Source: Nostoc sp. (GTDB taxonomy: Bacteria > Cyanobacteriota > Cyanobacteriia > Cyanobacteriales > Nostocaceae). Taken from it: a stretch of DNA of 32,000 nt. The first letter of the stretch is position 1. Every line of letters begins with the position of its first letter. Shown here in pieces: positions 17,681 through 24,686 of this stretch. Below the pieces are notes generated by a model. It was not told the DNA's origin and made no database searches. It saw only the letters and a program-made list of their open reading frames with translations. The stretch lies in the NCBI RefSeq assembly GCF_036917435.1, contig NZ_JBALDM010000037.1, forward strand, positions 69,175 to 101,174. Direction: 5' to 3'. A program made the position numbers and the translations under genes.

Positions 17681-18631
17681 ATGCTTAAAAAACTACAACT
17701 TAATTTCAGCACACTGTTCGGCTTATCGCTGTTGGTGATTTCTGTGGTGGCGATCGCTAACGAACTGCACGAGTATAATTATCGTGATATCCTCAACTCT
17801 CTAGCTGCTATCCCCAAAAGCCGCTTAAGCTGGGCAATTTGGCTGACAGCCTTGGGCTATCTAGTGATGATTGGGTACGATATTTTAGGTTTTAGTTACA
17901 TTAATCGTTCCCTAAACTGGAACAAAATTGCTTTAACCAGCTTTATTAGCTCTGCCTTTAGTAATACTATTGGTTTTGCCCTACTGACTGGTAGTGCTAT
18001 CCGTTATCGATTTTATACTACTTGGGGAGTGTCAGCAGTTGCGATCGCACAAGTAATTGCTTTCGCCAATTTTACTTTTTGGTTGGGGATGTTTGCCGTT
18101 GCAGGTTGCTTGTTCCTCATCAATCCGCTCAAAATTCCCACTCAACTACATTTACCTTTTGCTACTGTGCGTCCCATCGGCGTGATTTTTCTGCTATTAG
18201 TCGCTGGTTATTTGCTAGGAAGTATTTTTATTAAACAACCGTTAATAATTCGTGGACAAGAATTTCGATTTCCTGATTTTAAGATATCCCTTATCCAAAT
18301 AGCAATTTCTGGTTTTGATTGGATTTTAGCAGCAGCAGTTCTTTATGCTGTGCTTCCCGGTAATATATCTTTGTCCTATCTGGACTTTTTGGGTATCTAC
18401 TTACTAGCGATGTTTGCAGGTGTTGTTAGTAATGTCCCCGGTGGTTTGGGAGTATTTGAAACTATAATTTTGCTGATTCTCTCATCTAAAGTTTCGGCGG
18501 CGGCAATTTTGGGTTCAATGCTGGCTTATCGGGGAGTCTATTATTTTTTACCTTTGTTAGTAGCATCGGGTTTGCTAGGAATTTATGAAGTTAGATCCGG
18601 TAATTTAAAAAATATCAATAATAAACCCTGA
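17681..18631 (+). CDS. MprF flippase-like membrane protein (LPG_synthase_TM / UPF0104 family)
   Basis: 316 aa, about 8 TM helices. VPGGLGVFETIILL...AYRGVYYFLPLL matches the IPGGFGAFDLVVLL...LYRFAYYFVP region of the S. aureus MprF N-terminal half. Confidence 0.8.
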   Translation: MLKKLQLNFSTLFGLSLLVISVVAIANELHEYNYRDILNSLAAIPKSRLSWAIWLTALGYLVMIGYDILGFSYINRSLNWNKIALTSFISSAFSNTIGFALLTGSAIRYRFYTTWGVSAVAIAQVIAFANFTFWLGMFAVAGCLFLINPLKIPTQLHLPFATVRPIGVIFLLLVAGYLLGSIFIKQPLIIRGQEFRFPDFKISLIQIAISGFDWILAAAVLYAVLPGNISLSYLDFLGIYLLAMFAGVVSNVPGGLGVFETIILLILSSKVSAAAILGSMLAYRGVYYFLPLLVASGLLGIYEVRSGNLKNINNKP

Positions 18632-18661
18632 AGTCTAGTTTCAGTATAACTACGAGCAACA

Positions 18662-18700
18662 AGATCCCCGACTTCTTTAAGAAGTCGGGGATCTAAGATT
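18662..18700 (+). terminator. Rho-independent terminator
   Basis: agatccccgacttc (18662-18675) / gaagtcggggatct (18681-18694), a perfect 14-bp stem, then aagatttttgtttatttt. Confidence 0.8.
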
Positions 18701-18872
18701 TTTGTTTATTTTAAATGCGATATCTTCACAACTAACGGCGAAAATTCCTAATTTTTGCTGAGGCGATCGCTAATTCAATTCCATAACAATAGTAATTAGT
18801 TGGAAGCTTTGAATTAGATTTCCATAAATCATCATCAAAATTCCGTTTTACTATTTGAGGATAGAAAGAATC

Positions 18873-19262
18873 ATGAAAAATAAAGTATTGTTTGGTGCTA
18901 TTTTCATGGCAACTTGGGTAGGAACATTAATACCTGGCGCTTTAGCTGCCTCACCCTGTTCTGTGGGACAAAAGGCTGAGGTTTTTTGGAAGGAAACATG
19001 GTATCCAGCAACGGTACTTAAGGTCAAGAATGAGCGTTGCTATATTACTTATGAAGGTTATAGTAGTTCCTGGAATGAATGGGTTGGTACTCAACGCTTT
19101 CGGGCATCATTTCAATCTGGAGATGCAGTGAGAATTTTGTGGAAGGGGAAATGGTATAAAGGGAAGGTTTTAGAAGTTAATAACGATCTTTATAAAATTA
19201 CTTATAATGGCTACGATAGCTCTTGGGATGAGTGGGTTAAACCTTCTAGAGTAAGCAGATAG
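18873..19262 (+). CDS. Exported protein with two tandem Tudor/Agenet-like (SMN-type) domains
   Basis: Start moved to ATG 18873 (gagg upstream). Signal peptide MKNKVLFGAIFMATWVGTLIPGALA. Two repeats: GQKAEVFWKETWYPATVLKVKNERCYITYEGYSSSWNEWV and GDAVRILWKGKWYKGKVLEVNNDLYKITYNGYDSSWDEWV. Confidence 0.65.
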   Translation: MKNKVLFGAIFMATWVGTLIPGALAASPCSVGQKAEVFWKETWYPATVLKVKNERCYITYEGYSSSWNEWVGTQRFRASFQSGDAVRILWKGKWYKGKVLEVNNDLYKITYNGYDSSWDEWVKPSRVSR

Positions 19263-19288
19263 AGAATATTTCACTTTTATAATTCGGG

Positions 19289-19331
19289 AGGGACGATTTC
19301 ATCTGTTGGAGTCGTCCCTTTAATTTGTTTT
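19289..19331 (+). terminator. Rho-independent terminator
   Basis: agggacga (19289-19296) / tcgtccct (19312-19319), then ttaatttgtttt. Confidence 0.6.
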
Positions 19332-19432
19332 ATAGTGGTTCTCCGTTGAGTAGGTACTGAACCTCACCCCCAACCCCTCCCCGCAAGCGAGGAGAGGCTA
19401 TGATGTACCTTCTATGATTAGGAAACGCTATA
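19331..19432. repeat. MITE-like imperfect palindrome with central CCCCTCC...GGAGAGG hairpin
   Basis: Ends tatagtggttctcc / ggaaacgctata and aggtac / gtacct are inverted. Core is cctcacccccaacccctccccgcaagcgaggagagg. Confidence 0.4.
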
Positions 19433-19459
19433 TAATTCATTTTGTTATTTGCTGCTATA

Positions 19460-19620
19460 TAAATGCTAGACAAGTCTAGACATTTATTTCTTACTTCACT
19501 GGGAGCATGGGAGCGGTTATCCCTCAGTAAGCTTTCAAGGTTTAGCCAACCTCGATAAATTTATTGCTGCGTTTAAATCCCTGTCCATTGAATGACCACA
19601 ACTACCACAGTTATAGGTTC
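19460..19620 (-). ncRNA. Predicted TnpB guide RNA (omega/reRNA) scaffold; extent not determined
   Basis: Position only. In characterised TnpB systems the RNA overlaps the tnpB 3' end and runs to the transposon right end. A CTAGAC-aa-GTCTAG hairpin lies at 19466-19479. No structure or covariation could be tested. Confidence 0.3.
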
Positions 19621-20611
19621 TTTCCATAAGTGGCATCTCTTGAATATGCCCACACTTTGAACAGGTTTTACTGGACGGATACCAACGGTCAGCAATTATT
19701 ATTTCGCAACCAAATTTTTTAGCTTTATATTCTAACTGGCGCTTGAACTCATGGAAGCCACAATCAGCTATCACCTGAGCTAATTTATGGTTGGCTAGCA
19801 TACCAGAGATATTCAAATCTTCTACTACTATTTTTGCGTGGTTTTTGCATAAGAAAGTAGTGATTTTATGGAGAGTATCTTTTCGGAGGTTTGCTACCCT
19901 AGCATGATGTTTAGCGAGTTGAATTTTAGCTTTATATCTGTTGTTAGAACCTTGATTTTTTCTAGCAAATGTTCTAGATAACCTTCTGAGCTTTTCTAGA
20001 TTGGTTTTGTAATGTTTGGGATTAGGAAAAACTACGCCAGTAGATAGCGTAGCTAGTTCTTTAACGCCAACATCAACTCCAACTACCTCATGTTGTTTAA
20101 TAGTTGGAGTATGATTTTGTTCGTAAGCAAAAGCAATAAACCAACTGTCAGCAGTCCGAGAAATAGTAATATGAGTACAAATAGTATGTGGCAAGCCTTC
20201 GTAAGTTTTGACCCATCCGATTGTAGGCAGTTTTATTGACTTACCTCCAACAGGGATAGGCTTACCACTAGCATCAATAGTAAAAGAATCGTGATGACCT
20301 TTCTTTTTAAACTTAGGATATCCGCCTTTACCACTAAGAAATCTAGAGAAAGCATCCCCCAGGTTGTCGAAAGCGTATTGAGTTATCTTTTGGCAAACTC
20401 CCTTTTCTTTAATCCATGAAAACTCAGGTTTAACATGATTGTTGAAGAACTTTTTAAGAATATATTTATTAGGCTTCAATCCATCGCTATATAAGTCTTT
20501 CCAAGTAGCTAAACCCCAGTTGTAGGTAAACCTAGCAATCCCAGCATGTTTACACATTATTATTTCTTGGGCTTTACTTAGTTTTAACTTTGTTTTGATG
20601 GATAAAAGCAT
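19535..20611 (-). CDS. tnpB: TnpB (OrfB) RuvC-like RNA-guided nuclease
   Basis: 358 aa. RuvC triad candidates in VGVDVGVKELA, IVVEDLNISGM and MDRDLNAAINL. Zinc finger CSKCGH...CGSCGH. Confidence 0.9.
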   Translation of the reverse strand: MLLSIKTKLKLSKAQEIIMCKHAGIARFTYNWGLATWKDLYSDGLKPNKYILKKFFNNHVKPEFSWIKEKGVCQKITQYAFDNLGDAFSRFLSGKGGYPKFKKKGHHDSFTIDASGKPIPVGGKSIKLPTIGWVKTYEGLPHTICTHITISRTADSWFIAFAYEQNHTPTIKQHEVVGVDVGVKELATLSTGVVFPNPKHYKTNLEKLRRLSRTFARKNQGSNNRYKAKIQLAKHHARVANLRKDTLHKITTFLCKNHAKIVVEDLNISGMLANHKLAQVIADCGFHEFKRQLEYKAKKFGCEIIIADRWYPSSKTCSKCGHIQEMPLMERTYNCGSCGHSMDRDLNAAINLSRLAKP

Positions 20612-20621
20612 TGTTTCGACC

Positions 20622-21272
20622 TCAACACTGGATTTCTTTGTTGTCTAATTCTGTAATATCTTGTATGGGTTTGTCAATAGCCTTTTCAAAAGTATCTTTA
20701 AGTTCTTTAGAATAGTTCCTTAACCCGTACAAGCGACAAGAAAAACAATGAATAATTGCCATTAAATCTTCTACAAGTTCTTGTTGAGGTGAAAGAGATT
20801 CTTGATTCGCTACCACTATTTCACAACCTACTGAGGTTGCTAGTTCTTGAATAAATTCAAAGGCAAATCTGCACAAGCGATCCTTATGGGCTAATACGAG
20901 GATAGAAACTTCACCTTTAAGAATTGAAAAAATAATAGATAAAAATTTCTTTCTTTTAAAATTCAATCCCCCACCAATCTCAGAAATCCAATCATCAACA
21001 GCTAAACCGCGATTTAGGCAGAATATTTCCATTGCTGATATCTGATTTTTTAGTTCTGGCTTTTGACCACTAGAAGACACGCGACAATAAACAATTACTT
21101 TTCGCTTTGCAACAGTTGGCTTTAATCCTTGAGCTACCAATAAATCATCTTCAGTATAAAAACGATGTCCCGATAAAGTTCTCAAGGCTGGGAGTTTTCC
21201 TGCGGTATCCCATCTCTGTAAGGTTTTAACGGATACTCCGATCTTTTGTGCAAACTCATGAGGCTTAAACAT
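20622..21272 (-). CDS. tnpA: IS607-type serine recombinase transposase TnpA
   Basis: 216 aa. MerR-like HTH FAQKIGVSVKTLQRWDTAGKL. Catalytic-serine motif VIVYCRVSSSGQK. Resolvase core HKDRLCRFAFE. Confidence 0.9.
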   Translation of the reverse strand: MFKPHEFAQKIGVSVKTLQRWDTAGKLPALRTLSGHRFYTEDDLLVAQGLKPTVAKRKVIVYCRVSSSGQKPELKNQISAMEIFCLNRGLAVDDWISEIGGGLNFKRKKFLSIIFSILKGEVSILVLAHKDRLCRFAFEFIQELATSVGCEIVVANQESLSPQQELVEDLMAIIHCFSCRLYGLRNYSKELKDTFEKAIDKPIQDITELDNKEIQC

Positions 21273-21409
21273 AAAAACACTTATAGGTTTGTCTATAAGT
21301 GTATATGTTTGTCTATTTTATTGCCAGCTAAGTTAACTCTCTTCATTAGGTGTTTTGAGGCTGTTAAACTGAGAACCATAAGTAAAATCTCGTGTGTTTT
21401 GGGAAACTT

Positions 21410-21799
21410 ATGGAGCCAGTATCACTTACAGCAGCTGCGATCGCAACCTTGGTCATCACCAAAGCCTTTGAAAAAACTGGTGAAGTTCTGGGTGGAAAGG
21501 TTTTAGAGCAAGGCGGTAAATTATTCTTACTGCTGAAACGTAAAGCACCTAATACGGCGAGTGCTATAGAACTGGCTCAAACACAACCGCTAGATTATAG
21601 TCAAGCTTCTTTGGTTGAGCAGGTAGAAGAAGCGGCAAAAAAAGACCCTGAAATTGCTCAAGCTGTTGAGGCGGTGGCGGATACTGTTAAATCTCAACCT
21701 TCTATTATCCAGAATTTTACGAACACCGTTCATAAAAATTATGGCGGGAATGTCGGGAACGTTGCTAATGACAACCGCAATCAAACCTTTAATTTCTGA
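21410..21799 (+). CDS. Short alpha-helical N-terminal module of the downstream STAND NTPase, ended by in-frame TGA
   Basis: MEPVSLTAAAIATLVITKAFEKTGEVLGGKVLEQGGKLF... from ATG 21410. Stop TGA at 21797-21799. Same reading frame as 21905..24079. Contains a HIP1 site. Confidence 0.6.
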   Translation: MEPVSLTAAAIATLVITKAFEKTGEVLGGKVLEQGGKLFLLLKRKAPNTASAIELAQTQPLDYSQASLVEQVEEAAKKDPEIAQAVEAVADTVKSQPSIIQNFTNTVHKNYGGNVGNVANDNRNQTFNF

Positions 21800-21904
21800 C
21801 TAAAGTCGCCTGAAGGGGAACGGGCAAAGTTAAATCCCCCGACTGGAACACCGCAAAATTTACCCCTGAGTGGGGTAGTTGATTTTGTTGGGCGTGAAAA
21901 AGAA

Positions 21905-24079
21905 TTGCAAAATCTGCACCAACTTTTGCAGGATAATAAACAAGTAGCCATTGCTGCGATCGCTGGGATGGGTGGAGTAGGTAAAACAGAACTCGCCTTA
22001 CAATATGCCATTCAGCACCGCGAAACATACAACGGTGGGCTTTGCTGGTTGCTAGCAAAAACTGGGGATGTGGGCATTCAAGTTGTACAGTTTGCCAGAA
22101 CGCAGCTTGATTTAAAGCCGCCAGAAGATTTTGATTTACTCGCCCAAGTGCAATACTGTTGGCGGCGTTGGCGTGAAGGTGATGTGCTGCTAGTGCTGGA
22201 TGATGTCAGCGACTACGAGGAAGTTAAGCGTTATTTACCGTCGTCATCTTCTCGGTTTAAAGTGCTGATGACTACGCGCCAGAAGTTGGGACGCATCGCA
22301 CAATTATCTTTAGATGTGCTGCAACCAGAGGCGGCGCTAGAGTTATTAAAGTCTTTACTCAAAGAAACACCAGAGCGAATTGAGCGAGAATTAGCTACAG
22401 CAAATCAGTTGTGTGAATGGTTAGGATATTTACCTTTGGGTGTGGAATTAGTGGGGCGCTATCTGGCGCGGAAACAGGATTTATCTTTAGCAGAAATGTT
22501 GCGGCGATTGGAGAACAAGCGATTAGATGAGCGTTCCCTCTCTAAATCTAAGTCGGAAGCTGACATGACAGCACAACGAGGTGTGTTAGCAGCCTTTGAG
22601 TTGAGTTGGCAAGAATTAGAGGACGATGATAAGCAATTGGGTTGTTTATTGAGTTTATTTGCCGCCGCACCTATACCTTGGAAGTTGGTGGAACAGTGTT
22701 TACCAGATGAAGATGTTGGAGATTTGGAAGAAATTAGAGACGATTGCTTGCTGAATCTGCATTTACTTCAGCGTAAAGGTGAGGGAATTTACCAACTGCA
22801 TCCACTATTGAGGGAGTTTTTTCAATATCAGTGTACAGGTTTAGAACAGGCAGAGGAATTAAAGCGATCGCTTTGTAGGGTAATGGTAGCAGTTGCTAAA
22901 GATATTCCTGAATTCCCTACTCTTAAACAAATCTACAATGTTACTCCCGCCATACCTCATTTAGCAGAAGTAGCAAAGAATCTCATTCAATACGTCAAGG
23001 ATGAAGATTTAATTTGGGCTTTCATCGGTAACGCTCAATTGTATCAAGATCAGGGATTGTATAATCAAGCAGTATCTTGGTATGAACAGTCTCTAACAGT
23101 CACTAAAAAGCGCTTGGGAGAGTCAGATGTATCTGTTGCCCAAAGTCTGAACAATCTGGCAGAACTATACTACTTACAAGGAAGATATAGCGAAGCTGAA
23201 CCCCTGTTCTTGCAAGCATTGGAACTCAGGCGACATTTGCTGGGAAAGGAACATCTAGATGTTGCACTTAGCCTCAGTAACTTGGCACAACTCTACAACT
23301 CCCAAGGAAGATATAGCGAAGCCGAACCCCTGTTCTTGCAAGCATTGGAACTCAGGCGACATTTGCTGGGAGAGTCACATATATCTGTTGCCCATAGTCT
23401 CAATAACCTGGCGGGACTCTACAATTACCAAGGAAGATACAGCGAAGCCGAACCTCTGTACCTGCAAGCTTTGGAATTAAAGCGATGCTTGCTGGGAGAA
23501 GAACATCCAGATTTTGCCCATAGTCTCCACAACCTAGCGTTCCTGTACTACTTACAAAGGAGATATAGCGAAGCCGAATCCCTCAATCTGCAAGTTTTGG
23601 AACTAAGGCGACGCTTACTGGGAGAAGAACATCCAGATTTTGCCTATAGCCTCAACACCCTGGCAGGACTCTATGAATCTCAAGGAAGATACAGCGAAGC
23701 CGAACCTTTAAACCTGCAAGCATTGGAACTAAGGCGACGCTTACTGGGAGAAGAACATCCATCTGTCGCAGATAGTCTCAACAACCTAGCGCAACTCTAC
23801 CGTTCCCAAGGCAGGTACAGCGAAGCCGAACCCCTTGACATCCAAACTTTGGCACTTAGGCGCAAACTGCTGGGTGAAGAACATCCACATGTCGCAATTA
23901 GTCTCAACAACTTAGCAAAACTCTACTACTTACAAGGAAATTATGCAAAATCCGAACCATTGTATCTGCAAGCATTAGATATTTTTGAGCAACGGTTAGG
24001 CGCAAATCATCCAAATACTATTACTGTGCGTGAAAATTTGGCATATTTGCGCGATCGCCTCCCCCCAAACCCAGAATAG
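21905..24079 (+). CDS. STAND NTPase: NB-ARC ATPase + eight 42-aa TPR units (frame open from 21800)
   Basis: P-loop AIAGMGGVGKTELA. Walker B LLVLDDV. MTTR motif. GLPLG-like GYLPLGVEL. Then 8 units of LGEEHP.VA.SLNNLA.LY..QGRYSEAEPL.LQALELRR.L. The listed start is TTG. Confidence 0.85.
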   Translation: MQNLHQLLQDNKQVAIAAIAGMGGVGKTELALQYAIQHRETYNGGLCWLLAKTGDVGIQVVQFARTQLDLKPPEDFDLLAQVQYCWRRWREGDVLLVLDDVSDYEEVKRYLPSSSSRFKVLMTTRQKLGRIAQLSLDVLQPEAALELLKSLLKETPERIERELATANQLCEWLGYLPLGVELVGRYLARKQDLSLAEMLRRLENKRLDERSLSKSKSEADMTAQRGVLAAFELSWQELEDDDKQLGCLLSLFAAAPIPWKLVEQCLPDEDVGDLEEIRDDCLLNLHLLQRKGEGIYQLHPLLREFFQYQCTGLEQAEELKRSLCRVMVAVAKDIPEFPTLKQIYNVTPAIPHLAEVAKNLIQYVKDEDLIWAFIGNAQLYQDQGLYNQAVSWYEQSLTVTKKRLGESDVSVAQSLNNLAELYYLQGRYSEAEPLFLQALELRRHLLGKEHLDVALSLSNLAQLYNSQGRYSEAEPLFLQALELRRHLLGESHISVAHSLNNLAGLYNYQGRYSEAEPLYLQALELKRCLLGEEHPDFAHSLHNLAFLYYLQRRYSEAESLNLQVLELRRRLLGEEHPDFAYSLNTLAGLYESQGRYSEAEPLNLQALELRRRLLGEEHPSVADSLNNLAQLYRSQGRYSEAEPLDIQTLALRRKLLGEEHPHVAISLNNLAKLYYLQGNYAKSEPLYLQALDIFEQRLGANHPNTITVRENLAYLRDRLPPNPE
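23054..24061 (+). repeat. Eight tandem 126-bp coding repeats (TPR units), several near-identical at DNA level
   Basis: For example, 23179-23248 and 23305-23374 differ at only a few bases over 70 nt (caaggaagatatagcgaagc[t/c]gaacccctgttcttgcaagcattggaactcaggcgacatttgctggga...). Confidence 0.85.
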
Positions 24080-24170
24080 GCAAGTTCTGTGCAAAGCCTA
24101 CCATGTTAAAAGCTAGATTTGCGATCGCGTAAACTAAAATTTATATCAAGCTAAGTAAAAATCCCTGATT

Positions 24171-24395
24171 ACTTACTCAAAATGGCGTTTGACTTACTCA
24201 AAAAAAGCTTTTGCTTTCTCAAACCTCAGTTTGCTTACTCATTTTGGTGTTTTCCGCAAGCAAAATCAACTTCTGCTTTCTCAAAAGAAGCTTTTACTTA
24301 CTCAAACCCCAGTTTGCTTACTCATTTTGGTGTTTTCTGCAAGTAAAATCAACTTCTGCTTTCTCAAACCCCAGTTTGCTTACTTATTTGAGTAA
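24171..24395 (+). repeat. Non-coding direct-repeat array (58-nt unit x2.4 plus 9-mer [T/C]T[A/T]CTCAAA motifs, terminal inverted copy)
   Basis: The 58-nt unit at 24218-24275 and 24301-24358 has 3 mismatches. A partial third copy lies at 24363-24386. ACTTACTCAAA / CTTTCTCAAA occurs at 24171, 24192, 24214, 24276, 24296 and 24358. Inverted TTTGAGTAA at 24387-24395. Confidence 0.8.
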
Positions 24396-24455
24396 TTCAC
24401 GTATTCATTTTGGAAGCGATCGCTGTTGTCATCAGACATCGCTTCTCGCCAAATC

Positions 24456-24686
24456 TTAAAAGCTATTCCATTCTTCTAGCGTGATTTCCCGCTCTAGAAT
24501 AACCTCAACTTCCCCAATCATCATCCGCAATTGGGGTACAGAATATTCATCATTAGAGGGAATAGTTAGGCGACATTCCCCGTAAACCATAAACTGATGT
24601 CTTGTTCCAGAAAAAGGCCCATCAAAGCCAAGCCATCGTAATTTCTTTACAAAATCACGACGCTTACAGGGTATCTATCGGCTCAA
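24456..24686 (-). pseudogene. hicA: HicA-family toxin gene with nonsense codon at position 4 (no usable start downstream)
   Basis: Own translation: TTG AGC CGA TAG, then IPCKRRDFVKKLRWLGFDGPFSGTRHQFMVYGECRLTIPSNDEYSVPQLRMMIGEVEVILEREITLEEWNSF*. The first ATG/GTG/TTG after the TAG is codon 26 (the M of HQFMVY). Confidence 0.55.

Larger units (their letters stand above)
19460..21320 (-). mobile_element. IS607-family insertion sequence (tnpA serine recombinase + tnpB), boundaries approximate
   Basis: Two intact ORFs 10 bp apart. Sub-terminal motif TTGTCTA x2 at 21289-21295 and 21309-21315. Its complement TAGACA(A) x2 at 19467-19473 and 19477-19482. No HIP1 site inside. Confidence 0.8.

Noticed and set aside
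21797-21799. Possibility that the in-frame TGA of the STAND gene encodes selenocysteine or is a programmed recoding site.
   Set aside because: I see no convincing stem-loop immediately 3' of the TGA of the kind a bacterial SECIS would need. The site is in a low-complexity linker, not an active site. A nonsense mutation or sequencing error is the simpler reading. The question is kept open under findings.
21246-22058. ORFs 21246..21506 (+), 21590..21784 (-), 21781..22011 (-) and 21789..22058 (-).
   Set aside because: They overlap the IS607 left end or the STAND gene in other frames or strands. The STAND frame has strong motif support and these do not.
24171-24395. Whether the direct-repeat array is a CRISPR array.
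   Set aside because: The repeats are contiguous or overlapping, with no unique spacers of regular length. The units are 58 nt with internal sub-repeats, and no cas genes are in the window.
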